From: Escherichia coli | GTDB taxonomy: Bacteria > Pseudomonadota > Gammaproteobacteria > Enterobacterales > Enterobacteriaceae | NCBI RefSeq assembly: GCF_044324875.1 | Contig: NZ_CP172185.1 | Length of the DNA: 64,000 bases | Reading direction: 5' to 3' (one strand) | Shown here: in pieces, positions 15,034 through 24,085 of the stretch | Layout of the letters: each line of letters starts with the position of its first letter | Numbering within the stretch: the first letter of the stretch is position 1 | Position numbers and translations under genes: made by a program | The notes under the pieces: generated by a model | Databases searched by the model: none | The model's input: only the letters and a program-made list of their open reading frames with translations | Told to the model about the DNA's origin: nothing

Positions 15034-16140
15034 TTATTCGCATTTCGGGAAAGTAAAGAAAATATTAATGTATCTTATTAATTTATTATATTGTTCTTGA
15101 GTGAATGCTATTTGCACACCTTCAGGATAATATTCACCAGTAATAACCAGTTGTCCATTGCTGTGTTGTACCATTAAACCTTTTTTTTCCTTTGGATCTT
15201 CAAACTTAGAATTATCAAACGTGAAGATGTTATTTTCCTGTTTTGAGTAAGCAAAGAAATCTCGTGTATAGCTGAAACTATCATTTATTAATGGTGCTAA
15301 CTTTTTGTCGGCGATATCGATAAGCTCACCACTTAATTTATTGATGTATTTCATTTGGTTCAATTTTTTCTGCGCTTGTACAATTTGCTTGTAGGTATTT
15401 TTAATTTCCTTAGAAGAATTCTTGAATTTATCATAGCGTTCCACGGAGGATGCGTATTTGTACCATTCTGTATTTTTCTCAGAATGTAGTAGCAGGTCTG
15501 TATATTTTTTTTGATCGCTGTAAAGTTGACTTTTAATACTTTCCTCACTGCTGGTTTTATAAGGTTTATCAGAGCTGTTTATTTTTGAAATGTCTTTTTC
15601 TGTCGGTGACTGGACCGTGTTGTGGATATTTTCTTTTATAACATGTTCATTGATGATGTTAATTGCAGTTTCATATTCATTTAAGTTTATTGTTCTTTGT
15701 GAAATAAACCCTTCTTTGCTTTCGACACTCAAAATACCTTCGTTGTTTTCACCTCGGGTAAAGGTAAGGGTATAGGGTTCATAATCCGCTGCAAATTCAT
15801 TTTTATACGTTATGACATGTTCGACAAAATGTCTTATTGGTACGAAACCATAACTGTGAACGTCAATTTTTTGGGTCTTGATACTATCAATTGCATCTGA
15901 GGCTTTCGTGAAAAAAGCCAATAAATTAGCTATACTGTCTGCTGAAGTTGATAACCCGTATCTACTTTGAGATATTTTTAGAAACTCATCGCAAAAAAAC
16001 TCAAGTTTCGCGGTTTGTTGTGATTCTTTGTAAATTTCTGCTGGTTGCAATTTATTATTTTGTAAAATATTACAGCGAGATAAGTGAATAGATGTATTTG
16101 GAATAAATGATTCCTTGTATTGTGAGTTAACAAGATACAA
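15034..16140 (-). CDS. Hypothetical protein, 368 aa, AT-rich orphan; no recognisable domain, no signal peptide or TM segment
   Basis: Long uninterrupted ORF in a markedly AT-rich stretch (roughly 30% G+C by eye against about 50% around it); Lys/Asn/Tyr/Ile-rich codon usage unlike neighbours; no canonical SD at the first ATG, so the start is uncertain. Confidence 0.55.
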   Translation of the reverse strand: MYLVNSQYKESFIPNTSIHLSRCNILQNNKLQPAEIYKESQQTAKLEFFCDEFLKISQSRYGLSTSADSIANLLAFFTKASDAIDSIKTQKIDVHSYGFVPIRHFVEHVITYKNEFAADYEPYTLTFTRGENNEGILSVESKEGFISQRTINLNEYETAINIINEHVIKENIHNTVQSPTEKDISKINSSDKPYKTSSEESIKSQLYSDQKKYTDLLLHSEKNTEWYKYASSVERYDKFKNSSKEIKNTYKQIVQAQKKLNQMKYINKLSGELIDIADKKLAPLINDSFSYTRDFFAYSKQENNIFTFDNSKFEDPKEKKGLMVQHSNGQLVITGEYYPEGVQIAFTQEQYNKLIRYINIFFTFPKCE

Positions 16141-16569
16141 TCTAATCTTTGCAAAATATATTCACTATCAAATTTAGCTCATTTTATTACGAAGACCTTT
16201 ACGCATGGTAGAAAGTATCATTATTGTTAATAAATACGGTAATAAGTAACAAACAGATATTGATAACTTCCCTGAAAAGTTACTAGGTATCCCACTTGAA
16301 GATTGAGAATGGCTCCAGAGTAAACTGTGTACTGTTCGCCGGAGTGTCATTACTCTCAACGATCGGTTTTGACAGTGAGTCGGGCGCTTCATACCGATTT
16401 CTACCTGGAGTCATTGTCACTTCTCCCAACTGGATAAATATATATCGCCAATTCACAAAGTGGGCCAAAATCAGGTGAAAACGAATTATTACGCCTGGTA
16501 AAGGCTATAGTACAACTAAGTGTGGCGAATCAGGCAGTCTTGCATTTGTCATCAATCTCATGTCTTACA

Positions 16570-17448
16570 TCAAATTTTTCCACTCACCACGAGTTGTTCC
16601 GTACACATTTGTAGTAAAAACAGTGGACTGCCTTCTACCGGTTTTTCTTTAGCCAACAACGAAATCTGTCGATAGAAGGTTGGTTCGAGAGGAACGGAAC
16701 ACAATTCACCTGCAATGGTTTTCAGCGTTAACTCTGGTAATAAGGCGATACCTAATCCCTGTCGAATAAAACTGATCGCTGTATCCGGGTGATTAAATTC
16801 ATATTTTATCTGTGGGGTAATATTCTTTTCTTTAAATAGTGCCATAATGCTTAATTCATAGCGTCCTTTACTAATGATTAATGGTTCACCCATTAATTCT
16901 TCCACTGTAATAGTGCTGTTTTTTGCCAGAGCATGGTTGGGCGGTAACACTACGGTGAATTTATCCTGATAAATGGGCACGGAGTACATTCCGCTCACCG
17001 GAAAATGAACAAAACCGGCATCAATGGATTCATTCTGAAGGGAATCAATAATCGCTGTGCTATTTTCCTCAAAAGGAATAATTTTTATATTCGGATGATG
17101 AATTTCAAAGTAGCGAATCACAACCGGTAAGATACAGGCGCAGACGCTGGGGAAACAACCAAGTCTCAGCGTTCTTTGAGGGTTCTGCTTTTCCTGCTCG
17201 GCTATCTCTTTTACTGCGTTCACTTCCCGATTAATGGCGCGCAGATGATGCATAATGCGGTGACCTGCAGAGGTCAGTTGTATAGCTTTACGGCGATCGC
17301 GTAACAGTATATTCACGCCAAGTTCTTGTTCGAGGGCAGCAATTGCCTGACTTACCGCCGACTGCGTCATGAACAATCGTTTGCTGGCTTCAGTAAAGCC
17401 ACCGTAATCCAGCACGGCGAGTAAAGAATTTATTTGGGTAAGAGTCAT
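16570..17448 (-). CDS. LysR-family transcriptional regulator (intact yfaH-like gene)
   Basis: 292-aa ORF with N-terminal LysR HTH (FTEASKRLFMTQSAVSQAIAALEQELG) and C-terminal substrate-binding domain; divergent from an MFS gene. Confidence 0.8.
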   Translation of the reverse strand: MTLTQINSLLAVLDYGGFTEASKRLFMTQSAVSQAIAALEQELGVNILLRDRRKAIQLTSAGHRIMHHLRAINREVNAVKEIAEQEKQNPQRTLRLGCFPSVCACILPVVIRYFEIHHPNIKIIPFEENSTAIIDSLQNESIDAGFVHFPVSGMYSVPIYQDKFTVVLPPNHALAKNSTITVEELMGEPLIISKGRYELSIMALFKEKNITPQIKYEFNHPDTAISFIRQGLGIALLPELTLKTIAGELCSVPLEPTFYRQISLLAKEKPVEGSPLFLLQMCTEQLVVSGKI

Positions 17449-17469
17449 TAGAGTTTGCTAATCAATAAT

Positions 17470-17484
17470 ATTAAAACGATTAAT
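17470..17484. promoter_or_regulatory. Candidate LysR-type binding motif (T-N11-A-like dyad) in the LysR/MFS divergent region
   Basis: attaaaacgattaat = ATTAA-N5-TTAAT inverted repeat in the 151-bp divergent intergenic region. Confidence 0.35.
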
Positions 17485-17599
17485 TTCTCTAATAGCATGC
17501 CGCCATTTATACTTCTGTTCTGCAAAGTACATCACAATTTGACGCAACCGCAGTAACGGGAGTGTTGTCTGCGTGCGTCATCCTGACAGGCGGTAGGGT

Positions 17600-18790
17600 A
17601 TGAAAGAGAAGTTATGGACGAAGGATTTTTGGGCAATAACCATCATCAGCTTTATTATTTTCTTCGTCTTTTATGTTTTACTAACATTGTTGCCAATTTA
17701 TATCTCTGACCGCTTGCATGCCTCTCCTGATAAAGCAGGTTTGTTGGTGACTTTATTTTTAATTGCGGCGATTGTTATTCGCCCCTTTGCCGGGCAATGG
17801 GTGGGTAAATATTCGAATAAAACTATTCTGGTGCTCTCTTCTCTGGCCTTTTTGTTGGTCACTGCGTTGTATCCTTTTTGCCTCTCAATTGAATCACTGC
17901 TTTTTATTCGGGTGCTTCATGGTATTACCTTCGGGGTTATCACTACGGTAAAAGGAACGATTTCCGCGCGGCTGATCCCGGCCTCCCGACGTGGGGAGGG
18001 CATCAGTTTTTTCTCTTTGGCAATGGGGCTGGCAATGGTGGTCGGGCCGTGGATTGGCCTGAATATGGCGCGCTGGGAGGCCTTTAATATGGCTTTCTGG
18101 TTATGCACCGGCGTGGCAGCGGTGGGGATTATTCTGTCGCTGATTATGACAGTGCCGCCGGTTATCAGCCATGCTGATGGTTCAACGCCGAAAATGGGCT
18201 TCGCCGCCATGTTCGATCGCGCGGCGTTGCCATTTGCGATGGTCACCTTTTTTATGACCTTTTCGTATGCCGGGGTTTCTGCTTTTCTGGCGCTTTATGC
18301 ACGCGAACTTAACCTGATGTCGGCAGCCAGTAATTTCCTGCTTTGCTACGCTATCTTCCTGATGATTTGCCGTACCTTTACCGGCAATGTCTGCGACAAA
18401 AAAGGACCGAAATATGTGGTTTACCCTTGCCTTGTGTTCTTTACGGTAGGACTGGTGGTTCTCGGCTACACCCAGGGAAGCATAATGATGGTTGTTTCTG
18501 GCGCATTGATTGGTATCGGGTATGGTTCCGTGACGCCAGTTTTTCAGACGCAGATTATCAGTTCAGTGGAACCGCATAAAATCGGTGTCGCAAACTCCCT
18601 CTTCTTCAATGCGATGGATGCAGGCCTGGCGCTGGGAGCCTGTGTGATGGGGATGATGGTTGCACATACTGGCTACCGAATGATTTATCTGCTGGGTGCA
18701 CTATTAGTGGTAGTGGCTGGTGGAGTCTATGCGCTGCAAATGAAGGGTAAAAGCGGTGTCGCGCTAGTAGTGGCAAAAGAAATTCATTAA
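17600..18790 (+). CDS. MFS transporter (12-TM), substrate unknown
   Basis: 396-aa highly hydrophobic ORF with MFS-like organisation, divergently paired with the LysR regulator. Confidence 0.8.
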   Translation: MKEKLWTKDFWAITIISFIIFFVFYVLLTLLPIYISDRLHASPDKAGLLVTLFLIAAIVIRPFAGQWVGKYSNKTILVLSSLAFLLVTALYPFCLSIESLLFIRVLHGITFGVITTVKGTISARLIPASRRGEGISFFSLAMGLAMVVGPWIGLNMARWEAFNMAFWLCTGVAAVGIILSLIMTVPPVISHADGSTPKMGFAAMFDRAALPFAMVTFFMTFSYAGVSAFLALYARELNLMSAASNFLLCYAIFLMICRTFTGNVCDKKGPKYVVYPCLVFFTVGLVVLGYTQGSIMMVVSGALIGIGYGSVTPVFQTQIISSVEPHKIGVANSLFFNAMDAGLALGACVMGMMVAHTGYRMIYLLGALLVVVAGGVYALQMKGKSGVALVVAKEIH

Positions 18791-18870
18791 TACGACACGT
18801 TTCATTAAGATTTTTCGCAGGTAACCACCTATAGTCATTGTCGTAAATAAAAAATGACAGGCGATAGGGT

Positions 18871-19521
18871 ATGGCAGTTTCAGCAAAGCACGACGAATTT
18901 AATCACTGGTGGGCAACAGAGGGCGACTGGGTTGAAGAGCCTAACTATCGCCGTAATGGTATGAGCGGGGTGCAATGCGTCGAGCGCAACGGCAAAAAGC
19001 TATATGTAAAGCGCATGACGCATCATCTGTTTCATTCCGTACGTTATCCGTTCGGCCGACCAACGATTGTCCGTGAGGTTGCGGTAATTAAAGAACTGGA
19101 ACGGGCTGGTGTCATCGTGCCGAAGATTGTTTTTGGTGAAGCGGTGAAAATTGAGGGGGAATGGCGCGCGTTGCTGGTGACTGAAGATATGGCGGGGTTC
19201 ATCAGCATTGCTGACTGGTATGCCCGGCATGCAGTAACGCCCTATTCTGACGAAGTACGGCAAGCCATGTTGAAAGCAGTGGCGCTGGCGTTTAAGAAAA
19301 TGCATAGCGTTAATCGTCAGCATGGCTGTTGCTATGTTCGCCATATCTATGTGAAAACAGAAGGTAAGGCAGAAGCTGGATTTCTTGATCTGGAGAAAAG
19401 TCGTCGCCGCTTGCGTCGCGATAAAGCGATTAATCATGACTTCCGCCAGCTGGAAAAATATCTGGAGCCGATCCCCAAAGCGGACTGGGAGCAGGTGAAA
19501 GCGTATTACTACGCCATGTAA
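18871..19521 (+). CDS. inaA: InaA, Kdo/lipopolysaccharide-kinase-like protein
   Basis: 216-aa ORF MAVSAKHDEFNHWWATEGDWVEE...; matches InaA as I recall it. Confidence 0.8.
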   Translation: MAVSAKHDEFNHWWATEGDWVEEPNYRRNGMSGVQCVERNGKKLYVKRMTHHLFHSVRYPFGRPTIVREVAVIKELERAGVIVPKIVFGEAVKIEGEWRALLVTEDMAGFISIADWYARHAVTPYSDEVRQAMLKAVALAFKKMHSVNRQHGCCYVRHIYVKTEGKAEAGFLDLEKSRRRLRRDKAINHDFRQLEKYLEPIPKADWEQVKAYYYAM

Positions 19522-19524
19522 TCG

Positions 19525-19565
19525 TTGTAGGCCAGATAATACGCGTAAGCGTCGTATCTGGCGCT
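19525..19565. repeat. REP-like palindromic element between convergent inaA and yfaE
   Basis: aggccagataatacgcgtaagcgtcgtatctggcg, an imperfect palindrome of REP type. Confidence 0.4.
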
Positions 19566-19574
19566 AGTACCCGA

Positions 19575-19829
19575 TCACAACTCGATTTCAATATCGCCTT
19601 TTGCCCGGCAACAACAAGGCAAAATTTCCCCCGGCTGAATAAAGGCTAACGGTTCGGCAATCCAGTCCACCTGGCCTGCAACAAGGCGCGTGCGACAGGA
19701 ACCGCAGTAACCTTCGCGGCACTGGTACTCAACCGCCACATTGTGGGATTCCAGCGCCGCCAGAAGGGAAGGGTGTTCATCCTGGCACAGCAGTTGTGTG
19801 CCAGTGATGCGCAGGGTAATGCGAGCCAT
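19575..19829 (-). CDS. yfaE: 2Fe-2S ferredoxin YfaE (NrdB cofactor maintenance)
   Basis: 84-aa ORF with CxxxxCxxC...C ferredoxin cysteines (CREGYCGSC...CCC); start overlaps the nrdB stop by 1 nt. Confidence 0.85.
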   Translation of the reverse strand: MARITLRITGTQLLCQDEHPSLLAALESHNVAVEYQCREGYCGSCRTRLVAGQVDWIAEPLAFIQPGEILPCCCRAKGDIEIEL

Positions 19830-20959
19830 CAGAGCTGGAAGTTACTCAAATCGTCGGTGTCCACTTCCGAGTCAATCTGCCCGACCAGATAAGAACTGAC
19901 TTCCACTTCCTGCGGAGCAACCTGCACGTTATCAGACACCAGCCAGGTATTGATCCACGGGATCGGGTTGGAGCGAGTCTGGAACGGCAGATCCAAACCG
20001 ACTGCCTGCATGCGGATATTGGTGATGTATTCAACGTACTGGCAGAGAATGTCTTTATTCAGACCAATCATCGAACCGTCACGGAACAGATAATCCGCCC
20101 AGTCTTTCTCTTGCTGTGCCGCCTGGACAAACAGGTCATAGCATTCCTGCTTACATTCTTCGGCAATTTCCGCCATCTCCGGATCATCCGCGCCGCTGCG
20201 CAGCAGATTCAGCATATGCTGAGTACCGGTCAGGTGCAGGGCTTCATCGCGGGCAATCAGGCGAATAATTTTGGCGTTACCTTCCATCAGTTCGCGTTCT
20301 GCAAAGGCAAAGGAACAAGCAAAGCTGACGTAGAAGCGGATCGCTTCCAGCGCGTTAACGCTCATCAGGCAGAGATACAGTTTTTTCTTCAGCTCGCGCA
20401 GGCTAACGGTTACGGTTTTACCGTTAACGGTGTGGGTACCTTCGCCCAGCAGATGCCAGTAGCTGGTCATTTCGATCAGCTCATCGTAATAGCTGGAGAT
20501 CCCTTCCGCACGTTTCTGGATCTGCTCGTTGGTGACGATATCATCAAACACAACGGACGGATCGTTAACGATATTACGAATGATATGGGTATAAGAACGA
20601 GAGTGAATGGTTTCTGAGAACGCCCAGGTTTCGACCCAGGTTTCCAGTTCAGGGATCGAGATCAGCGGCAGCAGTGCCACGTTCGGGCTGCGACCCTGAA
20701 TGGAGTCCAGCAACGTCTGATATTTCAGGTTGCTGATAAAGATGTGTTTTTCGTGTTCAGGCAGTGCCTGGTAATCGATACGGTCACGAGAAACGTCAAC
20801 TTCTTCCGGACGCCAGAAGAAAGAGAGCTGCTTTTCGATCAGCTTTTCGAAGATGTCATATTTTTGCTGATCGTAGCGAGCCACGTTGACCGGCTGACCA
20901 AAGAACATCGGTTCTTTGAGCTGATCATTTTTCGTCTGTGAAAAGGTGGTATATGCCAT
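19829..20959 (-). CDS. nrdB: Class Ia ribonucleotide reductase beta subunit
   Basis: ORF 19829..21040; start chosen at ATG 20959 ([17 protein letters not shown]); the 5' extension of the ORF lies inside a REP cluster and is rejected. Confidence 0.95.
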
Positions 20960-20983
20960 GAATGTGTCCTGTTGGGAGTTTAA

Positions 20984-21094
20984 TGCCGGATAAGGCATTT
21001 TACGCCGCATCCTGTGCCTGATGCGACGCTGGCGCGTCATATCAGGCCTACAAACCGAGCCGTATGCCGGATAAGGCGTTCACGCCGCATCCGG
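20984..21094. repeat. REP/BIME cluster in the nrdA-nrdB intergenic region
   Basis: Two copies of gccggataaggc...gccgcatccggc-type palindromic units. Confidence 0.7.
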
Positions 21095-21104
21095 CATCTC
21101 AATA

Positions 21105-23390
21105 TCAGATCTTACATGCGCCGCTTTCGCAGCCATCGTCCTGGATTGACGGCACCAGATCGTCTTGTGCGTCTTCAGCGCCGTCACGGGTGTTCTGATA
21201 ATACAGCGTTTTGACCCCGAATTTGTAGGCGGTGAGCAGGTCTTTCAGCAACTGCTGCATCGGCACTTTTCCTGACGGGAAGCGTGACGGATCGTAGTTG
21301 GTGTTAGCAGAGATCGACTGATCGATAAATTTCTGCATGATACCCACCAGTTGCAGGTAGCCATCGTTACCCGGCATTTCCCACAGCAGCTCATAGGCGT
21401 CGTGCAGATGCTCGTAGTCCGGCACCACCTGGCGCAGAATACCGTCTTTCGACGCTTTGATGCTGACGTAACCACGCGGCGGTTCAATACCGTTAGTGGC
21501 GTTAGAGATCTGCGAAGAGGTCTCGGACGGCATCAGAGCAGAAAGCGTGGAGTTACGCAGGCCGTGCGTTTTGATTGACTCACGCAGTGCTTCCCAGTCG
21601 TAATGCAGCGGCTCATTAGCGATGGCATCCAGATCTTTCTTATAGGTATCGATCGGCAGGATCCCTTTCGCGTAAGTGGTTTCGTTAAACCACGGGCACG
21701 CGCCTTGCTCTTTCGCCAGCTCGTTAGACGCTTTCAGCAGGTAATACTGAATGGCTTCGAAGGTTTTATGCGTCAGGTTGTTGGCGCTGCCGTCGGAGTA
21801 GCGTTTACCGTGCTTCGCCAGGTAGTAAGCGAAGTTGATCACACCAATCCCCAGCGTACGGCGACCCATCGCCCCGCGTTTGGCGGCCGGGATCGGGTAA
21901 TCCTGATAATTCAGCAGCGCGTCGAGTGCGCGTACCGCCAGAATTGCCAGCTCTTCCAGTTCATCCAGGCTGTTAATTGCGCCCAGGTTGAAAGCAGACA
22001 GCGTACAGAGCGCGATTTCACCGTTCTCGTCGTTGACGTCGTTCAGCGGTTTGGTCGGCAGGGCGATCTCCAGGCACAGGTTAGACTGGCGCACTGGCGC
22101 GATGGCCGGATCAAACGGGCTATGGGTATTGCAGTGGTCAACGTTCTGAATATAGATACGACCGGTAGACGCACGTTCCTGCATCATCAGCGAGAACAGC
22201 TCAACGGCTTTCACACGCTGCTTGCGGATGCTGTCGTCTTTCTCATATTTGGTATACAGACGTTCAAACTCTTCCTGATCGGCGAAGAACGCGTCGTACA
22301 GCCCCGGTACGTCGGACGGGCTGAACAGGGTGATATCTTCACCTTTCAGCAGACGGGTATACATCAGTTTGTTGATTTGTACCCCGTAGTCCATATGACG
22401 CACGCGGTTGCCTTCCACCCCACGGTTGTTTTTCAACACCAGCAGGCTTTCAACTTCCAGATGCCACATCGGGTAGAACAGCGTTGCTGCACCGCCACGC
22501 ACACCGCCCTGAGAGCAGGATTTCACCGCTGTCTGGAAATGTTTGTAAAACGGAATACAGCCGGTGTGGAATGCTTCGCCACCGCGAATCGGGCTACCCA
22601 GCGCACGAATACGCCCGGCGTTGATGCCGATCCCGGCACGCTGGGAAACGTATTTAACAATCGCGCTGGAGGTGGCGTTAATGGAATCCAGGCTGTCGCC
22701 GCACTCGATCAGTACGCATGAGCTGAACTGACGAGTCGGGGTACGCACGCCGGACATGATTGGCGTCGGCAGCGAAATTTTAAATGTGGAAACCGCGTCG
22801 TAAAAACGCTTCACGTATTGCAGGCGCGTTTCACGCGGGTAGTTCGAGAACAGGCACGCGGCAACCAGAATATAAAGGAACTGGGCGCTTTCATAGATTT
22901 CGCCGGTCACGCGGTTCTGTACCAGATATTTGCCTTCCAGCTGCTTAACGGCAGCATAAGAGAAGGTCATATCACGGTCGTGATCGATAAACGTGTCCAT
23001 CTGCTTGAACTCTTCTTCCGTGTAGTCTTCCAGCAGATGATTATCGTATTTGCCCATCTCGACCATTTTCACCACGTGGTCGTACAGCGCAGGCGGCTCA
23101 AACTGACCGTAGGCTTTTTTACGCAGGTGGAAGATCGCCAGGCGCGCGGCGAGATACTGATAATCCGGCGCATCACGGGAGATCAGGTCTGCGGCAGCCT
23201 TAATAATGGTTTCGTGGATGTCAGAGGTCTTGATACCGTCATAAAACTGAATGTGGGAGCGCAGTTCGACCTGGGAAATAGAAACGTTATGCAGTCCTTC
23301 TGCCGCCCAATCCAGAACGCGATGGATTTTGTCGAGATTGATGCGCTCTGTGCTACCGTCGCGCTTTGTCACCAGCAGATTCTGATTCAT
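21105..23390 (-). CDS. nrdA: Class Ia ribonucleotide reductase alpha subunit
   Basis: 761-aa ORF MNQNLLVTKRDGSTERINLDKIHRVLDWAAEGL... with ATP-cone and catalytic cysteines. Confidence 0.95.
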   Translation of the reverse strand: MNQNLLVTKRDGSTERINLDKIHRVLDWAAEGLHNVSISQVELRSHIQFYDGIKTSDIHETIIKAAADLISRDAPDYQYLAARLAIFHLRKKAYGQFEPPALYDHVVKMVEMGKYDNHLLEDYTEEEFKQMDTFIDHDRDMTFSYAAVKQLEGKYLVQNRVTGEIYESAQFLYILVAACLFSNYPRETRLQYVKRFYDAVSTFKISLPTPIMSGVRTPTRQFSSCVLIECGDSLDSINATSSAIVKYVSQRAGIGINAGRIRALGSPIRGGEAFHTGCIPFYKHFQTAVKSCSQGGVRGGAATLFYPMWHLEVESLLVLKNNRGVEGNRVRHMDYGVQINKLMYTRLLKGEDITLFSPSDVPGLYDAFFADQEEFERLYTKYEKDDSIRKQRVKAVELFSLMMQERASTGRIYIQNVDHCNTHSPFDPAIAPVRQSNLCLEIALPTKPLNDVNDENGEIALCTLSAFNLGAINSLDELEELAILAVRALDALLNYQDYPIPAAKRGAMGRRTLGIGVINFAYYLAKHGKRYSDGSANNLTHKTFEAIQYYLLKASNELAKEQGACPWFNETTYAKGILPIDTYKKDLDAIANEPLHYDWEALRESIKTHGLRNSTLSALMPSETSSQISNATNGIEPPRGYVSIKASKDGILRQVVPDYEHLHDAYELLWEMPGNDGYLQLVGIMQKFIDQSISANTNYDPSRFPSGKVPMQQLLKDLLTAYKFGVKTLYYQNTRDGAEDAQDDLVPSIQDDGCESGACKI

Positions 23391-23465
23391 GTATGTCGTA
23401 CCTGTTTTTGGAATTCTTTCCGCAATAGTTTCATGCAGACTACCTGTAGTGAGGGAAGCTGCTTA

Positions 23466-23515
23466 GAACACTATATATAGGGGGTATGTTTGGGATTCAC
23501 TGCAAGATAGTGTGA
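23466..23515 (-). promoter_or_regulatory. Pair of NrdR boxes in the nrdA promoter region
   Basis: On the nrdA strand: ccccctatatatagtgttc and tcacactatcttgcagtg, two 16-18-bp palindromic boxes about 30 bp apart, 75-125 bp upstream of the nrdA ATG. Confidence 0.6.
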
Positions 23516-23544
23516 AAATGGCCCTCTTGCAAGTGCATAACTTT

Positions 23545-23553
23545 GTGGATAAC
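23545..23553 (-). promoter_or_regulatory. DnaA box (TTATCCACA) upstream of nrdA
   Basis: tgtggataa on the plus strand is TTATCCACA on the nrdA strand. Confidence 0.5.
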
Positions 23554-24085
23554 TCAGGAAGGAAAAAGTGGCTTTCGCGCACCTTAGGTCAGACAAGGTG
23601 TCCGGGAAAGTCAATGGGAAGAGAAAAATTTGTTAAAAATAACTGTTCGGCGATTTCTTGAACGGAAGAATAGGTTAGATAAATTGATATAGATGGTTTA
23701 TTAATCTTTTGGCTAATGATTGCAAAAATTGATCTAAGCACGAGTCATCACATAATCTGATGTATCAGTTATGGTCAATATATAAGCGAATGTAAGCGAT
23801 TGTTGATATCGAAATGGTTGTTTTCTCTTCGGTTGTTGTTAAATGCGAAGCCATTTTGTTAATTTACCTTATATTATAAGAAAATTATTCATTACTTTAA
23901 TTCAGTTTAAACATAACTGATATCCCTTAAGGTGATTAACTTGAATTATGACGCACTGATATTATTCATGAAATAATAACAAAATAGCCATTGCACCGGG
24001 TTGAACAATTTACAAAAGAAAAATAACCCATATCGTATAATGCGATTAAATATGCCGTCTTATAGAAAATGATGGTCAGATTAAT

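Noticed and set aside
19829-21040. Extended 403-aa version of nrdB starting at 21040
   Set aside because: The extra N-terminal residues ([14 protein letters not shown]...) are encoded by the REP cluster; the start at 20959 (MAYTTF...) matches NrdB. Upstream in-frame extensions were rejected on the same logic for yfaZ (393), rhmD (3263), rhmT (4498), rhmA (5798), glpQ (13680), ubiG (28748), yfaA (31581), yfaT (33281), rcsB (52135), glpC (9302) and glpB (10507).
21603-22721. 372-aa plus-strand ORF
   Set aside because: Lies entirely antisense to nrdA, whose identity is unambiguous; a shadow ORF from GC-rich third codon positions. The same applies to 22818-23480 (+), 11373-12080 (+, antisense to glpA), 29009-29980 and 29993-30613 (-, antisense to gyrA) and 55611-56705 (-, antisense to ompC).
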